Assembly: GCA_001896555.1 (NCBI GenBank)
Contig: MPOS01000012.1
Location: 81,195-145,194, forward strand
Reading direction: 5' to 3'
Length of the DNA: 64,000 nt
Origin: Candidatus Phosphitivorax anaerolimi
Lineage (GTDB): Bacteria; Desulfobacterota; Desulfomonilia; UBA1062
Shown: positions 28,050-35,898 of the stretch, piece by piece
Layout: the number at the start of each line of letters is the position of its first letter
Position numbering within the stretch: position 1 is the first letter of the stretch
Notes under the pieces: model-generated
Database searches by the model: none
What the model was told of the DNA's origin: nothing
What the model saw: only the letters and a program-made list of their open reading frames with translations
Program-made: the position numbers and the translations under genes

Positions 28050-29402
28050 ATGAATCCAAACCTCTTCGGGGTATGGATTATCAGGGGATGCTTTCTGGCT
28101 GTTGTGGCCGTCCTGGCAATTGCCGTGATGTGGGGGTGCGGCGATACAGCCGGGTCAATGGAGCAGGGCCAAGACCCCGGGCCCGTACCGGATGCGGCAA
28201 CTGATGTTTTTCCGCAGCCGGGGATGCCCTTCACCGCTCCGGGCAACGGACCGGACAACAGGCAGGTCAGCCAGGAAGGGGAGCGCCGTGCAGCTGAGAG
28301 CTGCAATCGTTTCGGCCTTGATCTGTATGCTTGCCTGAAGGTGCGAGAGGGCAACCTCCTCTTTTCTCCATCGAGCATTTCAACCGCGCTAACCATGCTC
28401 TGTGTAGGGGCAGGCGGGCAGACCAGAAGGGAGATGGAATCGACCCTCCACCTCAGCCGGTATGGGTTCGTCCTCCAGGACTCGGCTCCCCCGCCCGGGC
28501 CGGAGCTTGTATATCAGGATGCAGCAGGTTCGCCAGAGACCGCCCGTGCCCTGTGGATACAGCAGGGAAGCGAATATCGTAGAGAGTATCTGGATCTTCT
28601 GCAGCAACGCTATGGGGCGGACGCGTTTGCCGTGGATTTTTCCGCAGACCCCGGGCAGGCGCTGGAAAGAATCAATGCCTGGGCTATAGAGCGGACGCAG
28701 GGAACAATCACTGCGCTTCTGGATGAAGATATGGTCCATGCAGGTACAGAGCTGGTGGTGACCGATGTGATATGGTTTTCCGGCAAATGGCTTGAGCCGT
28801 TCAATCGGGAGGACACCAGCGACAGGGCCTTCCGCATAAACCGTGGTGAGACCGTGCAGGCGCCTTTCATGCACCGGGAGGCGGTAGTCAGGACACTGGC
28901 TTTCGAGGAGGGGGACATGATCGGAATACCCTTTGATGCCGGCATGTTTTCCCTGATAATACTGCTTCCCCGCGAGGGCGCGGACCTGGCCGCCATCGAG
29001 GAGGGCATGACGTACGGGAGGCTGGCAGGGATGCTGGACCGGCTTGCAGGATCGCCGGAAATCAGGGTGGAGCTCTCACTGCCCAGGTTTGCCGTCAAAG
29101 ACGGGTATGAGCTTGCCGATACGCTGGGCGCCATGGGGATGAGAACGGCATTTACGCAGGAAGCGGACTTCTCCGGAATCACATCGCGGAAAAACCTCGT
29201 TCTCACCGCAGTGGTTCACAAGGCATTCCTCGAAGTCCGGGAAGAGGGTGTCGAGGCGGCAGCCGGGTCCGGGGCAGTCATGACCAAGGGTTCCGGGACC
29301 GTGGCGGCCTTTGTCGCAGACCGTCCCTTCGTGTTCATCATCCGGGAAGACAAAACCGGCCTGTTGCTCTTCTTGGGCAGGTTCGTAGACCCCCGGGGCT
29401 GA
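28050..29402 (+). CDS. Serpin (serine protease inhibitor family), secreted or lipoprotein
   Basis: ATG 28050 lies 8 nt after AGGAGG, followed by the signal peptide FLAVVAVLAIAVMWGC. Serpin blocks are LLFSPSSISTALTMLCVGAGGQTRREM and the hinge EEGVEAAAGSGAVM. The C-terminal signature is FVADRPFVFIIRE..TGLLLFLGRFVDP. Confidence 0.88.
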   Translation: MNPNLFGVWIIRGCFLAVVAVLAIAVMWGCGDTAGSMEQGQDPGPVPDAATDVFPQPGMPFTAPGNGPDNRQVSQEGERRAAESCNRFGLDLYACLKVREGNLLFSPSSISTALTMLCVGAGGQTRREMESTLHLSRYGFVLQDSAPPPGPELVYQDAAGSPETARALWIQQGSEYRREYLDLLQQRYGADAFAVDFSADPGQALERINAWAIERTQGTITALLDEDMVHAGTELVVTDVIWFSGKWLEPFNREDTSDRAFRINRGETVQAPFMHREAVVRTLAFEEGDMIGIPFDAGMFSLIILLPREGADLAAIEEGMTYGRLAGMLDRLAGSPEIRVELSLPRFAVKDGYELADTLGAMGMRTAFTQEADFSGITSRKNLVLTAVVHKAFLEVREEGVEAAAGSGAVMTKGSGTVAAFVADRPFVFIIREDKTGLLLFLGRFVDPRG

Positions 29403-29472
29403 AAAAAGCCCTCGATCCTCTTTCTCCAAGGTCCATGCAGTTGGCCGCCCAAGCTTCAGCCTGGGAGACCAC

Positions 29473-29904
29473 TTACCGTTTCACGACGAGCACCGGTTTG
29501 CGGGCGGCCCGGATGACGCTCTCGGAGACCGACCCGAGAAACATTTCCTTGAGGTTGCTCTTGCCGTGGGAACCCAGCACGATCAGCGAGACGTTTTCTT
29601 CCTCTTCCAGCATGAGGATCTTGTTCGAGGGTATCCCGACCTCGATCCGCACGCTCACGGAAAACCCTCTCTCCTCCAGGTGCTTTCTTATGAGCTCGAT
29701 CTTGCTCTCCGCTTCCTCCCTCAGGTCTTTCTCGATGGCCATGTAGCTGGTAGGGGCGTACACGAGCAGGTCCATGGTCCGGGAGTCGATGATGTGGACA
29801 ATGATGACCTTTTTCGTGCCGGCGGACTTGAGCTGGTCGATATAGCCGAGTGCCTTCTGGGCCACATCCGAGAAATCCGTAGGGTAGAGTATTGTCTCAA
29901 ACAT
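29473..29904 (-). CDS. Universal stress protein (UspA family)
   Basis: ATG 29904 has GAGGAGG upstream. ILYPTDFSD, KVIIVHII and LIVLGSHGKS..GSVSESVIRAARKPVLVV are Usp motifs. Confidence 0.85.
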   Translation of the reverse strand: MFETILYPTDFSDVAQKALGYIDQLKSAGTKKVIIVHIIDSRTMDLLVYAPTSYMAIEKDLREEAESKIELIRKHLEERGFSVSVRIEVGIPSNKILMLEEEENVSLIVLGSHGKSNLKEMFLGSVSESVIRAARKPVLVVKR

Positions 29905-29980
29905 GGATCCTCCTCTCACTGCATGCTCATAATAATTACTGTAAAATCGAAACCTCCCATTATCAAGCATATTCTTCTCT

Positions 29981-30001
29981 ATTCGGGGATGGGTTCACAT
30001 T
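29981..30001 (+). repeat. Solo copy of the dispersed motif ATTCGGGGAYGGGTTCACATT
   Basis: 20 of 21 nt are identical to 5392-5412. It lies in the divergent spacer between usp (-) and the LysE-family gene (+). Confidence 0.6.
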
Positions 30002-30106
30002 TCTCATATTCCCCTTAAGACTTATCCTGAGACGAGACATCGAGGTGACATCTATGGCTGCACCGTTTCTTGACGGAAGGTCGGCGCTTGTTTCCCGGCT
30101 GCCTTT

Positions 30107-30754
30107 GTGAATATAAGGGAAAGAGAGGGGTTATTGGACGTGGCTGCATATTTGATATCAGGGATCGTTTTCGGTCTTTCCGCCGGGCTCTCTCCCGGGC
30201 CCCTGCTTACGCTCGTACTGACCGAGACCCTGCAGCACGGCAGCAGGGCGGGGATACGGGTCGCTTTCGCCCCGCTGATCACCGACCTGCCCATCGTAGT
30301 CCTTTCACTGTTCGTGATCGCACGCATGTCCGGATCTTCCCTGTTCATGGGATTGATTTCGCTTTTCGGCGCCGGGTTTGTCATCTACCTGGGATACGAG
30401 ACCTTTGTCTCCCGCGAGGCTGCACAGGCCGGTGAAGGCGAACGCATACGGTCGCTGAGAAAGGGGGTGGTCGCCAATCTGCTCAACCCTCATCCATACC
30501 TCTTCTGGATGACGGTGGGATCGCCCATGGTGATCAAGGCGCTCCACGAAGGCATGCTCGGGGCCGGAGCGTTTCTGGCGGGATTTTATGTTTTCCTCGT
30601 CGGCTCCAAGGCGGTCCTCTCCCTTCTGACCGGGAGAACACGCCATCTTCTGAGAGGGAGGACATACCGCGTGTGCATGATGACCCTGGGTGTACTTCTG
30701 TGGCTCTTTGCCGTTGTGCTCGCGCGTGACGCGCTTCGCTTCATAGCCTCATGA
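30107..30754 (+). CDS. LysE/RhtB family amino-acid exporter
   Basis: About 6 TM segments. GLSPGPLLTLVLTETL and NLLNPHPYLFW are typical LysE-family blocks. The start codon is uncertain (GTG 30107 or a downstream TTG). Confidence 0.75.
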   Translation: MNIREREGLLDVAAYLISGIVFGLSAGLSPGPLLTLVLTETLQHGSRAGIRVAFAPLITDLPIVVLSLFVIARMSGSSLFMGLISLFGAGFVIYLGYETFVSREAAQAGEGERIRSLRKGVVANLLNPHPYLFWMTVGSPMVIKALHEGMLGAGAFLAGFYVFLVGSKAVLSLLTGRTRHLLRGRTYRVCMMTLGVLLWLFAVVLARDALRFIAS

Positions 30755-30767
30755 CATCGGAGGAGCC

Positions 30768-31064
30768 TCATCTCTCGGTATACGAGTTGCAGATCTGGAT
30801 GATATGGTCGAAAACCCTGTCGAGCTCTTTTTCCAGGCCCGCATCCGAGGTATGGTTCGCCTTTGCGGAGATCGACTCAAGGATCCCGTTGAGCTCATCC
30901 AGAGTGTATTTCACCACAATCTTATCCCGATCCAGAAGGGTGAGCTTCAGCCGGTCCGTGAGATCAGGCTCTGCAAAGACATGTTCGCAGATGAGATCCC
31001 GTTCGCGGAAACTGAACCTGACCGGGATCTTCTGACCCTGCTTTATGAGCCTTTTCCCCTTCAT
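30768..31064 (-). CDS. Hypothetical protein (98 aa)
   Basis: The ATG is preceded by GAGAGGAAAA. No domain was recognised. Confidence 0.45.
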   Translation of the reverse strand: MKGKRLIKQGQKIPVRFSFRERDLICEHVFAEPDLTDRLKLTLLDRDKIVVKYTLDELNGILESISAKANHTSDAGLEKELDRVFDHIIQICNSYTER

Positions 31065-31392
31065 CACTCGTTTTCCTCTCTTCTTTCGTATCCGGTGACA
31101 ATCAGGCTGGGGCGGTCCTTGCTGGGATAGCATCGTCTCCTCAAACAAATAATCTCACTTGAACGAGTGATCTCAATGGCATGGACGATACGGGGATACA
31201 CCTGAAAAGTCTTGGGGAAAAAGTTGTTCCCAGCCCCGGCAAAGGACTGCCTCCGGTATCGGGCATGGTGGAAACCATAGGTATGGAAGGGCAAAAAAAA
31301 AACCAAGAAGCATGACGCATCTTGGCAGTTATGAAGAGAGTTTTTTTATTACCCTTCTTATCGTCTCATGTGGCGCAAATCTTGAGAGATAA

Positions 31393-31554
31393 ATGATCGA
31401 AAGGAGGAGGTTCGTGCACAACCACACCTTCAAGGCGGAGCGATCACGCAGCGTTTTTATCCATGTATGCGCCGCAGAGGACTGTTGTCCCGGTCTCGAA
31501 TGCGAATCCTGCGGGGCGAACAGCACGGCAGGCGCCAGGAAGAAGGGCATATAA
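31393..31554 (+). CDS. Possible Cys-rich small protein (53 aa from ATG 31393, or 46 aa from GTG 31414)
   Basis: AAAGGAGGAGG (31400-31410) lies 3 nt before in-frame GTG 31414. The sequence is ..HNHTFKAERSRSVFIHVCAAEDCCPGLECESCGANSTAGARKKGI, with Cys pattern C-x5-CC-x4-C-x2-C. It is below the track size cut-off. Confidence 0.35.
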   Translation: MIERRRFVHNHTFKAERSRSVFIHVCAAEDCCPGLECESCGANSTAGARKKGI

Positions 31555-31587
31555 CCCCGGTATCGGAAGAGGGCCTTCCCCCTTTTC

Positions 31588-33150
31588 CTACACCAGGTCG
31601 ATCCCGGGATAGAGGTCGCGAAAACTGCCTTCGCGGTCCATCAGAAGCGCTCTGGGAAGGTGCTCGAGGATGTCCTGTGCGGTCATGCCGTCCTGGCCCG
31701 ATTCCGCTGCCGAGATGTCGCCTGCGGCCCCGTGGATGAACACGCCCTTGGCTGCAGCAGACTCGATATCGAGCCCCAGGCCCATCATGGCGCCGATGGT
31801 GCCGGTGAGGATGTCGCCCGAGCCTGCGGTCGCCATTCCGCAGTTGCCGCTCACATTGACGAGCACGCGGCCGTCAGGATATCCGATGAGGGAATTGGCA
31901 CCTTTAAGAACAATGATGGAGCCGAGGTCCCGGCATGTTTTCGTCAACACCCCTATCTTGTCCGCATCGATCCTGTCTGTGCTCAGGCCGGTGATCCTTG
32001 CCATCTCGCCCAGATGGGGCGTGAGCACGGTGGGGGCGCTGCGTTTGAGGATGCTGATATCCCTGCTCAGGGCGGTAATGCCGTCGGCGTCTATGATCAT
32101 GGGCTTGTCGATCGCCACGATCAGCTCCCGGGCGAGCTGGACGGTCTCCTGGTTCAGGGAAAGGCCGGGTCCGATGACTACGATATCCATGTCCTGAGAA
32201 AGCGCAATCAGGTTTTCCTTGTTTTCGTACGAAATGCTCCCGTCTGAGGTCTGCTTCTGGGGGAAGAACACGATCTCGCTTCCCTTGGATGCGATGAAGG
32301 GAACGATGCCCTCGGGGCACGCCAGACAGGAGTAGCCCCCCCCGGCCTTGAGAAAGGACATTGCACAGAGGTAGGGCGCCCCGTAGTAGCCTGCCGCGCC
32401 TGCAATGAAGAGCGCCTTTCCGAAGCTGCCCTTGTATCCCGCGGGATCCCGCGGCGGGAGGTCCGGAGGATCGTTGACGGCTATCTGGATAGACTGGGCC
32501 TCATAGAGATCGGGTGGAAACGAGATGTGACTGACGTATAGCCGGCCGCACAGGGCGTAGCCCGGCATGAGCAGGTTCCCGATCTTTGGCAGCCCGAAGG
32601 TCACGGTACAATCCGCCGCTACTGCGCAGCCCATGATTCCGCCGGTATCGCCGTTGACCCCGGATGGAATGTCGAGGCTGAGCACGGGCCTGCCGCTATT
32701 GTTGATCGCCTCGATGGCTGCTGCATAGATGCCGCTTACCTCCCGGTCGATGCCGGTGCCGAGCATGGCGTCGATAATGCCGTCACACCGGGAAAGTGCA
32801 TCGAGGGCATCCTGCATGGAGTCGAGCCTGGTGAGAGTGATGGGCAGCCTCGAGAGGATATCCAGGTTGGCCTTTGCCGGGCCCTTGTACTTGCCCGGAT
32901 CGCTCAGGATGAACACCAGCGCAGTCCCGCCCATCGAGTGGATCTTTCTCGCCACCACGAATCCGTCTCCCCCGTTGTTGCCCCCGCCGCAGAAGACGAT
33001 GAAGGTCTTTCCCCGGATCCCGAGCCCCCTCTCCAGCACCGTACACGCTGCCAGTCCGGCGTTTTCCATCAAGAGTTCTTCGGCGATTCCATAGGTGGTA
33101 ACGGCTGAACTGTCCATTGCCCGCATCTGACTGACACTGCTTATCTTCAT
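31588..33150 (-). CDS. nnr: Bifunctional NAD(P)H-hydrate repair enzyme (epimerase / ADP-dependent dehydratase)
   Basis: The N-terminal YjeF_N block is FCGGGNNGGDGFVVAR. C-terminal carbohydrate-kinase-like blocks are VIGPGLS, LTPHLGEMARI and GSGDILTGTIGAM. ATG 33150 has GAGAGGAG upstream. Confidence 0.88.
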   Translation of the reverse strand: MKISSVSQMRAMDSSAVTTYGIAEELLMENAGLAACTVLERGLGIRGKTFIVFCGGGNNGGDGFVVARKIHSMGGTALVFILSDPGKYKGPAKANLDILSRLPITLTRLDSMQDALDALSRCDGIIDAMLGTGIDREVSGIYAAAIEAINNSGRPVLSLDIPSGVNGDTGGIMGCAVAADCTVTFGLPKIGNLLMPGYALCGRLYVSHISFPPDLYEAQSIQIAVNDPPDLPPRDPAGYKGSFGKALFIAGAAGYYGAPYLCAMSFLKAGGGYSCLACPEGIVPFIASKGSEIVFFPQKQTSDGSISYENKENLIALSQDMDIVVIGPGLSLNQETVQLARELIVAIDKPMIIDADGITALSRDISILKRSAPTVLTPHLGEMARITGLSTDRIDADKIGVLTKTCRDLGSIIVLKGANSLIGYPDGRVLVNVSGNCGMATAGSGDILTGTIGAMMGLGLDIESAAAKGVFIHGAAGDISAAESGQDGMTAQDILEHLPRALLMDREGSFRDLYPGIDLV

Positions 33151-33335
33151 GATAAGTCTCCTCTCTCTTCCCGGCAATGCTCACGTATATGCATGAGGAA
33201 CATGCGCCGGGCGGTATCATACCGGATCGAACAGAGATTTTCAATCATACCCGCCTCTTTTTAAAGCTGTTGTGGATAAGAGGCGGCGCGGACGGCGCCT
33301 CGCGGTTGGGGGTGTGTCCCCTGCTCCTTTGCCCC

Positions 33336-34613
33336 TCAGGTCAGAAGCACCGCGATGACCACCGAAACCATGAGAAAGAGAAATCCGGGCAGGATCGTGC
33401 GCCTGAGGCCGGGCGAGCCGATGACGAGGACGAACACGCCCTTGAGCATGGTGTTGGCCAGGGTTGCGAACACGACCGCCCTGGCCGCCGTAGCGGGTGC
33501 GATCCCGGATGCCGAGTGGCTCAGTTCAGCCAGGGTGAGCGTTATGGCGTCTACATCCGCAAGGCCGGTGACAAAGCTGGTGATGTAGATGCCGCTGTCG
33601 CCGAAGTAGATCTGTGCAGTCTTGGCCGCGAAGAGGATCAGGGTGAACATGACCCCGAAGGTGATGGCAGGCCAGAGCTCGAACGGGTTCTTGATCTTCA
33701 TTTCCGTGGTGCGCTCGCTCCTTTGCAGGACAAAGAGAAACAATGCATAGGCGGCGCCCGCCAGAATCGGTACGATCAGCGGTCGCCAGATCAGGATGGC
33801 GAGCTCCAGGTTCAGCACCGCCACGATGGCGATGAGCCGGGCGAACATCACGGTCCAGGCGATGAGCAGGGCCATGGCGGACGGGCGGGCAAGGCCGTTT
33901 TCGCGTCTGCTCTGCTGCGATATGCCCAGCGTGACCGCCGTGCTGGATGCCACCCCTCCCAGAAATCCGGTCAGACCCATTCCCTTCTGAGCGCCCAGTA
34001 GCTGGATGAGGATATACCCTATGAAGTTGATGCCCGAAATAAAGACCACCAGGAGCCAGATGACAAAGGGGTTGAAGACATCGAACGGCGGGGGCCCGAA
34101 AGTCTTGTTTGGCAGGATGGGAAGCACGATGGCGCTGATGACCGCGAACTTGAGCGCCGCGTAGAGGTCGGCCCTGGTGATATGCCGGACAAACCGGTGC
34201 ATCTCGGGCTTGATGGAGAGCAGAACCGTGGTGGTCACCCCCAGGGCGACACCGAGCTTGATCTTTCCCCAGTAGATCAGTGCCCCGATCAGAACGGTTA
34301 TCAGGGCGGAGACCTCGGTGGTGAGACCTGCCTGCCCCTTCCATGCATCCACAAAGTATGTGACCGCGAAAAACGAGCCGAGGATGATCAGAACAGATAC
34401 GAAGGGCCAGGGTGAACCGAGAAGGTCGGAGGCGAGCGCCGATGCACAGCCGATGAGACCCATGAGCGCAAAGGTGCGCACACCCGCAGCGTGCTCCTTT
34501 TCCGGCTCACCGAAGGAGTATTCACGCTGCATGCCCACGAGGATGCCGATGAGCACCGCAACGCCGAATCGTAAGAACAGGGATTGTTCATTCAGATACC
34601 ATATACCCTGCAT
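33336..34613 (-). CDS. MgtC/SapB-family plus DUF4010-type integral membrane protein
   Basis: 425 aa, highly hydrophobic. The N-terminus FLRFGVAVLIGILVGMQREY is the MgtC-like opening typical of DUF4010 proteins. Confidence 0.7.
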   Translation of the reverse strand: MQGIWYLNEQSLFLRFGVAVLIGILVGMQREYSFGEPEKEHAAGVRTFALMGLIGCASALASDLLGSPWPFVSVLIILGSFFAVTYFVDAWKGQAGLTTEVSALITVLIGALIYWGKIKLGVALGVTTTVLLSIKPEMHRFVRHITRADLYAALKFAVISAIVLPILPNKTFGPPPFDVFNPFVIWLLVVFISGINFIGYILIQLLGAQKGMGLTGFLGGVASSTAVTLGISQQSRRENGLARPSAMALLIAWTVMFARLIAIVAVLNLELAILIWRPLIVPILAGAAYALFLFVLQRSERTTEMKIKNPFELWPAITFGVMFTLILFAAKTAQIYFGDSGIYITSFVTGLADVDAITLTLAELSHSASGIAPATAARAVVFATLANTMLKGVFVLVIGSPGLRRTILPGFLFLMVSVVIAVLLT

Positions 34614-34636
34614 GTCATCTTTCCTCCCGCAATCAC

Positions 34637-35026
34637 TCAGGCCTCTCGTCTACCGGAGACAGCAACCGGTCTCGTTGTTTTTTCACCATGGACCCTCCAC
34701 CTCCACATCACATACGAGCGGTCACTCAAGCTCGTGATCATCCTATCGGTGAAGGCGATCCCGCACTGAAATCCCGGTGGATTCTCATGGTTGAAGCCGC
34801 CCCTGAAAAACAGCCGGATAGGCGATGTTTTCATCACGCTTGCGGTATCGGCGAGGGCCAAAGGTCCACGGCCTCGGATGAGCAGGCGCTTAAGGAGATT
34901 GTCCCGGCAGGTCGATCCGTCAGGGCCGTAGTCACAGACGGACAGGGAGGGGCACATTCCCACGGCGTTCAGCGTAACCGCAGGTGGCCTGCGGAAAGCT
35001 CTGCTGCAGGCGCATTGAATCTTCAC
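34637..35026 (-). CDS. Hypothetical Cys-containing protein (129 aa from GTG; 106 aa from ATG 34957)
   Basis: GTG 35026 overlaps the stop of the upstream deacetylase-family gene as GTGA. The sequence is ..MCPSLSVCDYGPDGSTCRDNLLKRLL.. and no family was recognised. It fills an otherwise empty 410-nt gap. Confidence 0.3.
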   Translation of the reverse strand: MKIQCACSRAFRRPPAVTLNAVGMCPSLSVCDYGPDGSTCRDNLLKRLLIRGRGPLALADTASVMKTSPIRLFFRGGFNHENPPGFQCGIAFTDRMITSLSDRSYVMWRWRVHGEKTTRPVAVSGRREA

Positions 35027-35775
35027 CGGCCGGATAGCCCCCGGATCAGGGCAAGGACATTGTGGCCGAGCACCCGGTGATTGTACCCTCCTTCGAGGAT
35101 GGCAAAGCATCCGCCCGAGTTTTTTGCCGCGGTCTCTCTGACGGCCCGGCCCATTGTCTGGTAGTCTTCGGTGGCAAGGGTGCCGCCCCAGTCCTGGAGA
35201 TGGTTGTCGAAGCCGGCCGAGATCCCGATCACATCGGCCGTGCACCGCTCCAGCTCTTCCAGGACCCGGTTCACGTACGAGAAGCGGTCGGGTTCATCAG
35301 GATTATAGATGGTCACATAGCCCTTGTTTCCAAGGATGTTCACCGTGCCGTCGCCGAAGTGAAGGTCGAAATCCAGCACAAAGGCCGTGTCGATCATGCC
35401 TCTGTTTTTCAGGTGCGTCAGGGCCGCAGCCATGTTGTTGTAATAGCAGAACCCCCACGAGGAGCCTGCCGAGGCATGGTGGCCCGGAGGCCGGATAAGA
35501 CCGAAGCAGGGCTCGCTCAGGCCGATCGTCGCCGCCTGGATCGCCCCGCCCGCGGCAAGGCTTGCGATTTCGTGGAGACCCTGGCGCCTGACGTGATCGA
35601 TGTGCTCCCGGGTATGAACCGCCTCGATATCCTCCAATGAGGCGGGAAGGGCGGTCACGAACTCCACGTGGGGACCCGCGACCTCGACCACTGCCTCCAT
35701 CCGGCCTTCTTCAGCGGCGGGGTCGGCGGTGTATACCCGGTAGAAATCCTCATGAAAGATCATCTTCATATCCAA
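35023..35775 (-). CDS. Histone deacetylase / acetoin-utilisation (arginase-deacetylase fold) family protein, compact 250-aa form
   Basis: Active-site blocks are IRPPGHHA, VLDFDLHFGDGT, SAGFDNH and ILEGGYN. Confidence 0.8.
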   Translation of the reverse strand: MDMKMIFHEDFYRVYTADPAAEEGRMEAVVEVAGPHVEFVTALPASLEDIEAVHTREHIDHVRRQGLHEIASLAAGGAIQAATIGLSEPCFGLIRPPGHHASAGSSWGFCYYNNMAAALTHLKNRGMIDTAFVLDFDLHFGDGTVNILGNKGYVTIYNPDEPDRFSYVNRVLEELERCTADVIGISAGFDNHLQDWGGTLATEDYQTMGRAVRETAAKNSGGCFAILEGGYNHRVLGHNVLALIRGLSGR

Positions 35776-35898
35776 AGCCTCCTGGTATCAGAGAGTTTAA
35801 TAATTAGCATTGACTTGCCGAGATGATCAAACAGAATATCATTATGTAAGATATGTATTGTGTGTGAAGACTACAAATGGAAGGAGAAGGGAGAGTTC

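Noticed and set aside
33271-33279. Perfect DnaA-box 9-mer TGTGGATAA inside the loop of a 9-bp hairpin (33251-33286)
   Set aside because: It occurs only once. About 0.5 occurrences are expected by chance in 128 kb. There is no box cluster, AT-rich unwinding element or dnaA/dnaN nearby.
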